From: a phage
Direction: 5' to 3' (one strand)
Sequence record: PZ386953.1
Length of the DNA: 64,000 bases
This document shows positions 1 through 10,354 of the stretch, piece by piece (position 1 is the first letter of the stretch; each line of letters starts with the position of its first letter). A program made the position numbers and the translations under genes. A model generated the notes under the pieces. The model did not search any database and was not told where the DNA came from. It worked only from the letters and a program-made list of their open reading frames with translations.

Positions 1-1
1 T

Positions 2-2590
2 ACTAAAAAGGGTGGTGTCAAGGTAAAACTTCGTCAGGATGCTAAAGAGTGGAATGATGCCACAGGGCAACTTCCGGATTCTGGCGATGTAGATATTCCA
101 ATATCTCCATCTGGTGTAGCTCAACCGCAAAACTTCAGATATTCCGTTCTCCAAGCTGGAGAAGTAACTCACGGTGTTTTGGCTTGGGACAACGTTGGGA
201 CATACGCTCAAAATATTGTGCAGGTAAGAAAGAACGGAGAGATTGTTTGGACAGCACAGACAGTTGAGCAGTTTGTCCGTGTTGAGGGTCTGACTAAAGG
301 ATTCTACACAGCCACTGTTGTTGCAACATCTTATAAAGGTGGTGTATCTCCGGAAGCATATTGTGAGTTCAACATTCAGGCACCTGAAGCTCCTGTTTCT
401 GTGGAGGTTAAACAGGGATACTTTGCTATTACCCTGATCCCGCACAGCAGAGACTTGGCTAGTGTAAGCACCCAGTACGACTTTTGGACATCTGGGATGA
501 CAAGATTGCCAGATACCAGTGATGCAACCGTTACTTCAAAAGCCACGCGTATGGGTGTTGGTTCAACTTGGACATCTGAAGGTCTGCAGAACGATAAGAT
601 TTATTATTGGTACATTAGAACCACAAACGCTTTTGGTAGTTCTCAGTTTGTAGAATGCGCTGCACGCTGCTATACATCCATTGAAGATCTGATGCCTCAG
701 ATAGATGCTGAATTTAAAAAGACAGAAACTTATAAAGAGTTGATGAGCACTTTAGATTCCTCTATCGAAGAGGTTGAAAATCGGGTCACAGAGCTCAATA
801 AATACATGGATGGTAGGGTAGATGAAGCATTCCAGCAACTCGGAGATAGGATAGGCGCGGTAGTTACAGAGACAACTCAGAAGTTTGAGGATGTCAATGG
901 TAACATTACAGCACTGGATAAGAAACTTGTTGCTGCACAAAATAAGTTTACTAACGACCTGAACACTGAAAGTGGTAGACTGGCATCCCTGATCGAGACA
1001 ACCAATAAAGCAACTACTGATCTTTTGAACAAAAAGACAGAGGCTTTAGATGAAAAATTGGTTGCCGCCAAGGGTGAGCTGGTAGAGCAAATAGGGGGTG
1101 TTGAGAGCGGATACCTTGCTGGAGATAAAACTCTAGATGGCAAGATCAATACTCAGAGAACAGAGCTTGATGCAAGTATCCTAAGCACCAACAAGGCAAC
1201 AGTGGATCTTTTGAACAAGACCTCTGAAACCCTGGATCAAAAGATTAGTCAGACAAATGCGACGGTATCTAAGAACTATACCACGTTAGATGGTAAGATA
1301 ACCACTGCAAAAACTGATCTCAATACTTTGATCGCTAATACCAATAAGGCCACCACAGATTTATTGAATCAGAAAACATCTGCACTGTCAGAGCAGATAA
1401 CTTCTGCCCGTGGAGAGATCTCTACCAACAAGCAGGCAATTAAGGACTTGGATGGGAAACTTACCTCCACAAAAACAGCACTTGATGCTACAATTTCTGA
1501 TACTAATAAAGCCACTGTGGATCTTATTAACGGTACCGCGTCAGCTATTCGCCAAGAACTTGCGGTTGCTAAACAGGAAATAATTGATGATGTTGGTGAT
1601 GTATCTGAGCTTAGAGCTGCAGTAGCTACAACATCTAAGGCTGTAACCGACTTAGAGGGCAAAGTAAATGCTCAATGGGGAACAAAGATACAGGTAGACT
1701 CCGCAGGGAATAAGTATGTTGCAGGTATCCAGCTGGGCATGGAGGGGTCTGGGGGACAAGTTCAATCATACTTCATGGTTAGTGCAAACAACTTTGCGGT
1801 ATACAACCCCGGAAACGGAACAGCAACCCTTGCTTTCGCAATCAAGAACAACCAAGCGTTCTTGAAAGACGCTTTTATAGAGAATGGCACAATCTCCTCT
1901 GCCAAGATTGCACAAGAAATTTCGTCAAACAACTACGATGGCAACGGGTACCATAAATACGGTTGGTATATTAACAAGAACGGGCATGCCCAATTTATGG
2001 ATGTGTGGGTGAAAGGCAACATTAACGCCAGTTCTGGTAACTTCACAGGGGCAGTTAACGCCACTAGTGGTACCTTCCGTGGAGATGTTTATGCCAATAA
2101 TGGTAGCTTTAGAGGCACCATAGATGCAACCGGAGGTACATTCCGTGGTCGTGTAGAAGCTTCTGTTATCCGTGCTAACCAGTTTGAAGGTGCAATTGTT
2201 GCACACAGGACTTACGGAGATTGTGCTCCAGTATATAACTCCCAGCAGAGGGTTTGCCGTTGGAGGTGGAGATACGTAGATAACGTTTCAGGTCAAGGTA
2301 AGAACGTAACATTCTTCTTTAAACTGAACGGTACTCGTGCCAACTCCCAACTAAATGCGTGGATAGCTGGTCATCAACTCCTTGCTGGCAAGAAGTACGG
2401 AAACGACAATGATGGCATGTGTGCAGTTGGGATAACAGGTCTAGGTGAACAGACTATAGACATTATTATTGAAATCTACACCCCGTGGTCAACGTCAAAC
2501 GTGACAGGTATTACAATATCCTGTCCTACTGTGGTTGTTAGTCGTTCTAACTCCAGCTTCCAGGGACCTTGGAACGAGTCTCACGACTAA
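2..2590 (+). CDS. tail fibre protein, 5'-partial, coiled-coil shaft
   Basis: Frame is open from the window edge (tool start 179 is an internal TTG); about 4 tandem ~60-aa repeats (TNKAT-DLLNK); G/S/T/N-rich C-terminus; hairpin terminator follows. Confidence 0.6.
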   Translation, partial: TKKGGVKVKLRQDAKEWNDATGQLPDSGDVDIPISPSGVAQPQNFRYSVLQAGEVTHGVLAWDNVGTYAQNIVQVRKNGEIVWTAQTVEQFVRVEGLTKGFYTATVVATSYKGGVSPEAYCEFNIQAPEAPVSVEVKQGYFAITLIPHSRDLASVSTQYDFWTSGMTRLPDTSDATVTSKATRMGVGSTWTSEGLQNDKIYYWYIRTTNAFGSSQFVECAARCYTSIEDLMPQIDAEFKKTETYKELMSTLDSSIEEVENRVTELNKYMDGRVDEAFQQLGDRIGAVVTETTQKFEDVNGNITALDKKLVAAQNKFTNDLNTESGRLASLIETTNKATTDLLNKKTEALDEKLVAAKGELVEQIGGVESGYLAGDKTLDGKINTQRTELDASILSTNKATVDLLNKTSETLDQKISQTNATVSKNYTTLDGKITTAKTDLNTLIANTNKATTDLLNQKTSALSEQITSARGEISTNKQAIKDLDGKLTSTKTALDATISDTNKATVDLINGTASAIRQELAVAKQEIIDDVGDVSELRAAVATTSKAVTDLEGKVNAQWGTKIQVDSAGNKYVAGIQLGMEGSGGQVQSYFMVSANNFAVYNPGNGTATLAFAIKNNQAFLKDAFIENGTISSAKIAQEISSNNYDGNGYHKYGWYINKNGHAQFMDVWVKGNINASSGNFTGAVNATSGTFRGDVYANNGSFRGTIDATGGTFRGRVEASVIRANQFEGAIVAHRTYGDCAPVYNSQQRVCRWRWRYVDNVSGQGKNVTFFFKLNGTRANSQLNAWIAGHQLLAGKKYGNDNDGMCAVGITGLGEQTIDIIIEIYTPWSTSNVTGITISCPTVVVSRSNSSFQGPWNESHD
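900..1560 (+). repeat. tandem in-frame coding repeats (~180 bp period)
   Basis: Four imperfect copies encoding TNKATxDLLNKxTxALxxK in the fibre shaft. Confidence 0.55.
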
Positions 2591-2598
2591 CCTTTAAA

Positions 2599-2626
2599 GC
2601 CCCGCTTCGGCGGGGTTTATTTTTAT
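2599..2626 (+). terminator. intrinsic terminator
   Basis: CCCCGC-TTCG-GCGGGG hairpin then TTTATTTTTAT. Confidence 0.7.
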
Positions 2627-2695
2627 GCTCAGATTGACTATTGTTACAAAATTTGGTAAAATACCTTGTAGAGATTTTCATACCGGAGGAGTGAC

Positions 2696-4186
2696 GTGGC
2701 TAAGTATGGATTGACAGAGGCTGGTTTCGTTATACCAACCCTAAATGACCTAATCGTTGAAACTAAGCAAAGCCTGATCCGTGCTTTTGGCGAAAACTTC
2801 AACGTACAGAGTAACTCCGTTGCAGATAAGCTGACCACTATCTTCAACGAGCGAGAGTATCAACTTATTCTTATGGCAGCATCTGTATACGCATCACAGA
2901 CGCTGTATGGGGCAGAAGGTATTTACCTGGACGAACTTCTTGGAAGACAAGGTATTTACCGAAGAGGCCGTTCTAAATCATCAGGTACCTGCCAGTTGAC
3001 GATCAACACAACTGTGCCGTACAATATGATTTATGATTCCAAAACTTATACGCTGGATAGTGGCAACTTTGTTCTTAGCAATGATGTGCAAGTGGCAGGG
3101 AATCTTATTGCCCACAGAATAAATGCTCCAGACCTAAGGATTGGTAAATACAACTTTCAAATTACCAACCAGACAGATGGAAGTATCAAAACAAAAAGTT
3201 TGGTTTTAACAGATAAGGCTCTGGACTCTTCTGATCTGCCAAGCTTTTACGGAGAGATTAAGCAATTCATTGTCGATAATACAACCCTGTTGAACGACGA
3301 TTTGATTCAGATCGATATGTTGACAGGAACGTTGTGGATAGGGTACAATTCGAATCTTGATCAAGTTGGACTTAATAGTAGGGTAGATTTCAGAGTATCC
3401 CCGATTGTAGGGGAAAGAACCATCACCCTGGATGTTATCGCTAACGAGGCTGGTGAGCTGTCAAGAGAGGCAGAAACCGTGACAACAATGTCACCTACTC
3501 CCAGTGGATTTATCAAGCTTACCAACCGCGAAAGATTCAACGAGGGCAGGGATGTTGAGAAAGATTCCGAGTATCGCTTAAGAGCTTCCAGCACTAAACA
3601 GTTAACATCGAAGGCTACCCGTCCTGCAATCCTTAGCGCGGTAAGCGAGGTGAAAGGTGTTGAGAAAGTGAGAGTGTTCTCCAACAACACCGATAAAACT
3701 GATGCTAAAGGTATACCTCCTTACAAGTTCCAAGTGGTTGTGTTTGGTGGTGCAACGGAGGACATTTGCCAAGCACTTTACCAAACTATAGCCTGTACGA
3801 ACAGAACTTATGGTAATATTTTCTACGATGTAACTACATCTGACGGTCAAACTGAAAGAATTTATTATTCCAAGGCAAATACCTACCGCCTGGATGTAAG
3901 AATTACCTACTCAGGTGCTGCGCTTTCCACAACCGAAAAAGATGCCATTGTAGAGGCTCTTTTGCAGGTTGTTAACGGACTGGATGTTGCAGATACGTTG
4001 TACAATATCCAATTGGTTGGTGCTGCATCTGCTGCTGTGTCGATAGGTAGATTTAATAGACTGGTAATTCAAGTTAAACCTGTGGGGGCTTCTGATGAAG
4101 CTTACACTGCAAACGATATTGTTGCAAACATGACCGAGGTGTTTGACCTCGATGAAAGTAATATAACTTTCCAACAAACTATTTAA
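2696..4186 (+). CDS. hypothetical virion/tail protein
   Basis: 496-aa ORF, GTG start 6 nt after GGAGGA, inside the structural block; no recognisable motif. Confidence 0.4.
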   Translation: MAKYGLTEAGFVIPTLNDLIVETKQSLIRAFGENFNVQSNSVADKLTTIFNEREYQLILMAASVYASQTLYGAEGIYLDELLGRQGIYRRGRSKSSGTCQLTINTTVPYNMIYDSKTYTLDSGNFVLSNDVQVAGNLIAHRINAPDLRIGKYNFQITNQTDGSIKTKSLVLTDKALDSSDLPSFYGEIKQFIVDNTTLLNDDLIQIDMLTGTLWIGYNSNLDQVGLNSRVDFRVSPIVGERTITLDVIANEAGELSREAETVTTMSPTPSGFIKLTNRERFNEGRDVEKDSEYRLRASSTKQLTSKATRPAILSAVSEVKGVEKVRVFSNNTDKTDAKGIPPYKFQVVVFGGATEDICQALYQTIACTNRTYGNIFYDVTTSDGQTERIYYSKANTYRLDVRITYSGAALSTTEKDAIVEALLQVVNGLDVADTLYNIQLVGAASAAVSIGRFNRLVIQVKPVGASDEAYTANDIVANMTEVFDLDESNITFQQTI

Positions 4187-4197
4187 GGCGGCGAGAT

Positions 4198-4884
4198 ATG
4201 GCAGAGATTAAGTCGGATGTTAACCACATCCACACTCTGCCAGATTTTGTTCAGGGAGGTCTTGACTACCTGCCTGGAGATTTTCTGGCTGAGAAGGTTA
4301 ATTTAGTCACATTCTTAACCGTGTACCTTAAAAGGTTGGAGGATGTTGATAAGATGCTGGTAGGTTTGGCTGAAGGAAGATTGCTTAATAATGCCAGCGG
4401 AAGATACCTTGACGAAGTTGGTAATCAACTCGGTATTCTTAGGAATGGACTTTCAGATGCTGATTTTCGTGCCACACTAATTATTCAGCAGGCCGCAGCA
4501 TCAAGGGGCGGGACTCGCGAAGATGTCATCTCCACCTTGCGACAATTGTTCGGAAGAAACAATTTCGATACGTGGAAAGGAGACAACTTCAGGTTTGACA
4601 TAAATATTAGAAAAACTTGCTTTGACATATTGCAGTCTATTGATCAGATCTTAGACATGCTACCACTGCCTTGTCATTTGCGTCTTACAGAATCGCAAGG
4701 GCAAGCTTTTGGTTTTGAAGGTGACTCTACAGCTCTTGGCTTCGGATCAGTGTGGGAAGAAAACCAATTCGGAGTTGGTGGGCTGGCTACTTTGCTGTAT
4801 GTTCCTGACGTAAGACCTGATTGGGACACCACAACCATTTATTGTGAAAGTATTACAGTAAACGCAACTAGACAGGAGGGTTAA
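4198..4884 (+). CDS. hypothetical structural protein
   Basis: 228-aa ORF tightly packed in the structural operon. Confidence 0.4.
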   Translation: MAEIKSDVNHIHTLPDFVQGGLDYLPGDFLAEKVNLVTFLTVYLKRLEDVDKMLVGLAEGRLLNNASGRYLDEVGNQLGILRNGLSDADFRATLIIQQAAASRGGTREDVISTLRQLFGRNNFDTWKGDNFRFDINIRKTCFDILQSIDQILDMLPLPCHLRLTESQGQAFGFEGDSTALGFGSVWEENQFGVGGLATLLYVPDVRPDWDTTTIYCESITVNATRQEG

Positions 4885-6956
4885 TGGCAACAGCTGTTTT
4901 TAAACCTTACCGTGATTACTCTACAATGGCTGCACGGTTTCATTACCGCACAGTTCAGGATACTGCCGTTCCTGGTAGGGATTATGATCATGTTGAGGGC
5001 GATATAACTATCCCAGTTGGGGCAACCAGTATTGAAATCCCAGTGGAAATTGTTGACAAATTACCCAACAGGTTACCAAGAAGCTTCTTTATGGAGTTTT
5101 CATCAAAATCTCAAGGGGTGATGATTGGGACACAAAGGGCGAAATGTACAATAGTTTCAGATGAGAATCTTGACAGAATATCTTGGGATACTGTCGAGGA
5201 GAGAATGTTTCACCCAAGATATTGGGTTACAACCACTCAGCAGACTGAAAGTACCTGTATTGTTGCAGATGACAACTGTTGTATTAACCGTTTAGTGTCA
5301 AGAACATATGGAGGTATGGCTGGGTGCATTTGGGAAACAGTTGACAAGTATGACCATTTCGGTATTGGGTTTGATGATCACTATGAGATGAGAAACACCA
5401 AGCTTTGGTTCAGAATGTCAATAACCAATGCCAGCAACTTCTCCACTCCTGAAAAGATGATTATGACTGTAGACCTTGTTGATGGTACAATCATCTATGT
5501 TCCTTTAGCTCAATATGCTGTCAGCATCTCAGAGGATAAGAATGTTGCAGAGATTCATATTGATTTCGAGGACTGCGTCGGGATGGATCAGAACAACAAC
5601 ATGATGGGTGTTGATCCTCGACAGGTGAGAAGAATTTTAATACCGCTCATGCCTAAAGACTGGGTAAGTAATAGCACAGACCCGAGAACGGAAAATGTAG
5701 AGTGTGAGTTGCGCCTAGATCTGCTTCAGCCAGACACGGGCTGGAAAATGATGCAACTTAACAATATTCAGGTTAAAGAGCACGACGTTGGGATCTGCAC
5801 CGCATATGACGATATGTGGAACGTATCTCCTTTAAGGGTGTTGAACAATATCAAGCGTCTGGGCTATACCGGAACCATAAACCATTATGTTGGTATGAGT
5901 CATTATTATGACTACACATGGTCAGGAACCCAATGGTCTATAAACAGAACAGGAGCGCTAAACGCTGCAGCTTATAAATGGCATGATGATTTTATGTACA
6001 ATGCCAAACGACATAACTTCGACGTTATGCAATCTGTAAGTTTTGAGCTTTTCAGCGATGCCTGCCCGTTGGAATGGACCCAAAGAGACTGGAACGATAA
6101 CTACGCTAAAACAGGGTATACACCTTGTAGCTACCTCCTGTCTCCAACCATTGAAGAGGGTATGAATTTCCTTACTGCAGTATTTAAGAATTTTGCATCA
6201 GCCGCTATGAGAAACAACCTGCCAGTGATTATGCAGGTTGGTGAACCGTGGTGGTGGTACAATACCGATACTCGTAGACCTTGTATTTATGATTACCCTA
6301 CAAAACAGGCGTTTTATGATGAGACAGGCGAGTATGCCTTAGATATTGGGACTATTGACGATCCTAAAACTGGAGGTGTTTACGACAAGTATGTAGCATT
6401 TTGTCGTGGTAAGCTTGGCGCTCGTATTGCGGCTATTTCAAAGGCAATAAAGGCACACGCTGCATCAGCTCAGATGACAGCTCTGCTGTTTTTCCCAACC
6501 ATTATGGAAACCGAGCTTACGCAAAAGCTTAACCTTGCTGACCAATATAAAAAAGAAGCAGGCGCTCTTGATTTCTTCTGCACTGAGTGCTACGATTGGG
6601 TGATGCAGGGAGGTATTGAAAAGGCAAAAGAGTCTGTAAACATACCTATCGTTAAGTTAGGTTGGCAACCGTCTGAAATACAATACCTTGCAGGGTTCGT
6701 TCCTAGTAAAGAGCTTGCTCCGGTATATGGATACGACCCAACTAGGAATTACCAAGAATTTTTATGGAGATGTATTTGCGGAAACATGGCAACTATAGAG
6801 TATAGATACCCTGAGGTAAAACAGTATGTGTGGGCATACCCGCAAGTAATGTCTGACAGCATCACTGTTACCGCTAGAGATTCTACCGTGCTTCATATGG
6901 GGCAGGTTGCTCTGAAAGGGTATGTAGAAGATGTTGTCCCGCCAGACTTCTCATAA
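4884..6956 (+). CDS. hypothetical structural protein
   Basis: 690-aa ORF; TAATG stop-start overlap with upstream gene; AGGAGGG RBS. Confidence 0.4.
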   Translation: MATAVFKPYRDYSTMAARFHYRTVQDTAVPGRDYDHVEGDITIPVGATSIEIPVEIVDKLPNRLPRSFFMEFSSKSQGVMIGTQRAKCTIVSDENLDRISWDTVEERMFHPRYWVTTTQQTESTCIVADDNCCINRLVSRTYGGMAGCIWETVDKYDHFGIGFDDHYEMRNTKLWFRMSITNASNFSTPEKMIMTVDLVDGTIIYVPLAQYAVSISEDKNVAEIHIDFEDCVGMDQNNNMMGVDPRQVRRILIPLMPKDWVSNSTDPRTENVECELRLDLLQPDTGWKMMQLNNIQVKEHDVGICTAYDDMWNVSPLRVLNNIKRLGYTGTINHYVGMSHYYDYTWSGTQWSINRTGALNAAAYKWHDDFMYNAKRHNFDVMQSVSFELFSDACPLEWTQRDWNDNYAKTGYTPCSYLLSPTIEEGMNFLTAVFKNFASAAMRNNLPVIMQVGEPWWWYNTDTRRPCIYDYPTKQAFYDETGEYALDIGTIDDPKTGGVYDKYVAFCRGKLGARIAAISKAIKAHAASAQMTALLFFPTIMETELTQKLNLADQYKKEAGALDFFCTECYDWVMQGGIEKAKESVNIPIVKLGWQPSEIQYLAGFVPSKELAPVYGYDPTRNYQEFLWRCICGNMATIEYRYPEVKQYVWAYPQVMSDSITVTARDSTVLHMGQVALKGYVEDVVPPDFS

Positions 6957-6968
6957 TCAGGAGATAAA

Positions 6969-8009
6969 ATGTCAAAACCTAGTTTTCCATTAGAGATTTG
7001 GGCAGAGGAGGATCAGGTTCTGCCTAACACCCACAGACAGAACAGGCTACGCCCGATTGATGATTTGTGGAGAAAAGGTTGGGATCTTGGTCAAAAGCCC
7101 TCATGTGAAGAACTTAACTATATTTTCAATATGCTCGGAACTTGGGCAAAATATATTGCTGACGAGCAGATCCCCGCTCAAGAAGGCCGTTATCTGGTAC
7201 GCGATAATAACTTGAGTGATCTTTTGAACATTCCTGTTGCCCGTAGAAACCTTGGGATTATTACTAAGGAAGAGGCAGACGCCAGATATGTAAAAGTTAC
7301 AGGTGATACAATGACAGGCCCACTGGGTTTGCAACGTATCAACTTTAAAGCTGCCGAGACAGATAAGGCTTGGATAGAGACAACTATTGGCCCAGATAAG
7401 ACAACTCTCGACTTTGGGTTAAGTGATAATACCGGGTCGTTTGATGATGGTGGTACATCTACAGTAGATGCGTTCCGTTGGAGATTCCAGCCAACTCAGC
7501 CGGATATTAATCCAGAGTTCACTTTGATGTACCTTAACGCGATCACGGCTAACCGTGCGCTGTTGAAAGTGGTAGGCAATGTTGAAGTTGTCGATAACAT
7601 GAGGTGCAATAACCTTACTATCAGCAATACAGCAACATTCACCAACTGTAATGTGGCTAGTCAGTTGACGGCTGGGTCAGTATATGTTAATGGTGGTGCA
7701 AGTTGTGACAGCATGGTTGTAAGAAGCCAGCACTGTGTTGTCGGTAACAGAAATGTGGTGCGCTCTGTGAATGGGGTGACGGCTAACGGTAACGGTGATG
7801 TAACAATCACTATCCCGCAGACAGGTGTGCAAGACATCAGAATCGGTGCAAGACTTGTTGACGGCGTTTCTGAATCTCCAATTCGCAACGGCTACGTTGT
7901 CACAGGCTGGCATTTCGGTGACAAAAAAGAGATGCGTGGTTCAACCTACTGGGCAGGACCTTTACAAAAACTTGTAAATGGTCAATGGATCACTGTTAAT
8001 TATGCATAG
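6969..8009 (+). CDS. tail fibre / receptor-binding protein, paralog A
   Basis: 346 aa; N-terminus, central FRWRFQP motif and C-terminal LVNGQWIT shared with 9024..10067. Confidence 0.5.
   Translation: MSKPSFPLEIWAEEDQVLPNTHRQNRLRPIDDLWRKGWDLGQKPSCEELNYIFNMLGTWAKYIADEQIPAQEGRYLVRDNNLSDLLNIPVARRNLGIITKEEADARYVKVTGDTMTGPLGLQRINFKAAETDKAWIETTIGPDKTTLDFGLSDNTGSFDDGGTSTVDAFRWRFQPTQPDINPEFTLMYLNAITANRALLKVVGNVEVVDNMRCNNLTISNTATFTNCNVASQLTAGSVYVNGGASCDSMVVRSQHCVVGNRNVVRSVNGVTANGNGDVTITIPQTGVQDIRIGARLVDGVSESPIRNGYVVTGWHFGDKKEMRGSTYWAGPLQKLVNGQWITVNYA
7965..7994 (+). repeat. 30-bp direct repeat, copy 1 (3' end of fibre gene A)
   Basis: CAAAAACTTGTAAATGGTCAATGGATCACT, identical at 10023..10052. Confidence 0.8.
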
Positions 8010-8023
8010 ATCGGAGGACTAGC

Positions 8024-8608
8024 ATGAAAATACTTCAAGAGTTTAAACTTTACCAACCGGGATCTGGCGAATACCACCCTAACAAGGGAACCAAGGAGCT
8101 GACCCCTCAAGAGGTTGAGGATTACACCGCATACACTGGGTATTTTTTACGTAATGATGATGGCGATTGGTATGTGCAGTCACGAACATTACGACAAGAA
8201 AATCCGGGTTGTATCTTCCTACTTGTTGACGAGAAGGGAATTCTTAAGACATCTACAGAAGAACCTGATGCCCTATGGCCTGCTCCAGGTCTTCGTGTGG
8301 TTATCGCCAAAAAAGAAGAGGTACCAGAAAACATTATGCTTCACCACGACGCTTTGCGTTTAGTTGGTGATGAATTTGTCACAGACAATGAATTCTTTGT
8401 TCAACAGGCAGAGGGTGTCATAGAGACAGAACTTGCTTGGGCTACTGCTAGAATTGGTGCCTATCAAGACATGATTGACCTTGAATATGATCTTACTGAT
8501 GACCAGAAACGTAACATCAGAGATTTGAAAATGTACAGGGTAAAACTTCTTGAAATAGATACATCTAAAGCCCCTGACATTTTCTTCCCGGAGCGACCTA
8601 CCCTCTAA
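8024..8608 (+). CDS. hypothetical protein (fibre-associated?)
   Basis: 194-aa ORF with GGAGGA RBS directly after the fibre gene. Confidence 0.35.
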   Translation: MKILQEFKLYQPGSGEYHPNKGTKELTPQEVEDYTAYTGYFLRNDDGDWYVQSRTLRQENPGCIFLLVDEKGILKTSTEEPDALWPAPGLRVVIAKKEEVPENIMLHHDALRLVGDEFVTDNEFFVQQAEGVIETELAWATARIGAYQDMIDLEYDLTDDQKRNIRDLKMYRVKLLEIDTSKAPDIFFPERPTL

Positions 8609-8619
8609 GAGGAGGTGTT

Positions 8620-8934
8620 GTGGAGTTGGATTTGGCGGCATTGTACGGTATCTGCATGGGTACCGTTGTCCCGATCTGTGTATGGGCTTTCAACCAGTGG
8701 CACACCAAATGGAAAGGCATTTCCAAGAGGTTGGATGAACTGGAGAAAGACCTCATCTTAGTGAAAAACAGTATGGTTACAAAAGATAAACTTGATTCTA
8801 TTATCGAGACCCGGTTAAGCAAGCTAGAGGCCGATATTAACGACCTTAAGCAGGATGTTAGGACAGATGTCTCCGGCATCAGAGCTGATGTACAAAAGAT
8901 TTTGCACATGCTTGTAGAGCATAGTAAAAGGTAA
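8620..8934 (+). CDS. small membrane-anchored coiled-coil protein
   Basis: GTG start after GAGGAGG; N-terminal hydrophobic segment followed by heptad-like sequence. Confidence 0.3.
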   Translation: MELDLAALYGICMGTVVPICVWAFNQWHTKWKGISKRLDELEKDLILVKNSMVTKDKLDSIIETRLSKLEADINDLKQDVRTDVSGIRADVQKILHMLVEHSKR

Positions 8935-9023
8935 ACAAAGGTCAGGACGGAAAGGACTCCGTTCTTGCATTTTGTTCACTAAAGTGTTAAAATAGTCCTA
9001 AGGAATTTTCTCAGGAGAACGTG

Positions 9024-10067
9024 ATGACTAAACCAGTTATCCCTCTTGATATTTGGGCCAATCAGGATGTTGTGCTTGAAAATACGGGAGAATTGAATAA
9101 GTCCCAACCAAAAAAAGAAGAGAGACTGAAAGGTTGGGATATGACACAAAGAGTGGCATGTGAAGTTGTTAACTTTGAACTTCACATGCTTTCTGCGTGG
9201 TTAAAGCATTTAACAGAAGATGTTGTCCCAGGATGGGATAATAGATTCTTAAGGGTCACTAATAATCTGGCAGACGTTCCAGACAAAGCTGCTGCACGTC
9301 AAGTTCTCAATGTATACTCGCCTGAAGAAATGGATGACCTTTATGTTGACAAGGCTGGAGACACAATGATCCAGACTCAAACTTTAGGTCTTCAAAGAAT
9401 CGAGTTTGCATCCGCGTCAACAGACAATGCGGCGATATACACCACCATAACTTCAGACAAGACGATGATGGATTTCTGGATTATGGACAACATCGGTGGT
9501 GCTGACGGCACAGACCTTGATGATCCCTCTCACCAAATAGACGGTTTCCGTTGGAGATTTCAACCTTCTGGTGGGCAGCCTGTGTTTTCAGCTATGAAGC
9601 TCAATGCTATAACTGCCAACCGTGCAAGACTGGCTATCCAAGGAAATCTTGAATGCAACGACGCAAAAAGTTCCTCTGCAAATGCCAATGCAGCTACGAT
9701 ACCAAGAGCCACTGTTAATGGACAACAATCCTGTGGAAGCGCTCAAATAGGTGGAAGAGTTGATTGTAACGATGAAACCGTCAGGGGCCAATATGCAACA
9801 GTTGGTGGAAGAAACGTGGTCCGCAGGGTAAATGGTAACAGCGCAGACGGTAGTGGTAACCTTACTATCCCTATGCCCAGCAGAGGGGTTGATGATGTGA
9901 GGATAGCAAACCGTTTCAAAACCACCTACAGAGAGTCAAGAGTCTACCCTGGACATGTGATGTGCTCGGGTAACTACGCTTATAAACACCCTTATCAAGG
10001 TGATTACTGGACAGGTGCTATCCAAAAACTTGTAAATGGTCAATGGATCACTATATCTTATGCTTAA
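9024..10067 (+). CDS. tail fibre / receptor-binding protein, paralog B
   Basis: Paralog of 6969..8009 with identical 30-nt 3' segment; ATG 3 nt inside tool GTG start, CAGGAGA RBS. Confidence 0.5.
   Translation: MTKPVIPLDIWANQDVVLENTGELNKSQPKKEERLKGWDMTQRVACEVVNFELHMLSAWLKHLTEDVVPGWDNRFLRVTNNLADVPDKAAARQVLNVYSPEEMDDLYVDKAGDTMIQTQTLGLQRIEFASASTDNAAIYTTITSDKTMMDFWIMDNIGGADGTDLDDPSHQIDGFRWRFQPSGGQPVFSAMKLNAITANRARLAIQGNLECNDAKSSSANANAATIPRATVNGQQSCGSAQIGGRVDCNDETVRGQYATVGGRNVVRRVNGNSADGSGNLTIPMPSRGVDDVRIANRFKTTYRESRVYPGHVMCSGNYAYKHPYQGDYWTGAIQKLVNGQWITISYA
10023..10052 (+). repeat. 30-bp direct repeat, copy 2 (3' end of fibre gene B)
   Basis: Identical 30-mer. Confidence 0.8.
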
Positions 10068-10078
10068 AAAGAGGGTAA

Positions 10079-10345
10079 ATGAAACTAACTCAGTTTTTAT
10101 GGGGACTGGTTGCGGCATCTGATGACCCTACGAAAGTGTCCCAATCTAAGCTATGGTCAAACATAGGTATGGCGGTGATGACTGGGGTGTTTATTCATAT
10201 GGGGTATAATGATACGCTTCCTGAATGGTATGCGTGGATATATGCGCCTTCGGTAGCTTGCCCCCAGCTTATTAGCAAATTCATCTCGCTCCGGTGGGGT
10301 TGCCAGCACCCTGACCACGTTAAAAACGAAGAGCAAAAAGCTTAA
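10079..10345 (+). CDS. small membrane protein
   Basis: 88 aa with 2-3 hydrophobic segments; follows fibre gene. Confidence 0.3.
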   Translation: MKLTQFLWGLVAASDDPTKVSQSKLWSNIGMAVMTGVFIHMGYNDTLPEWYAWIYAPSVACPQLISKFISLRWGCQHPDHVKNEEQKA

Positions 10346-10354
10346 GGAGAGATC

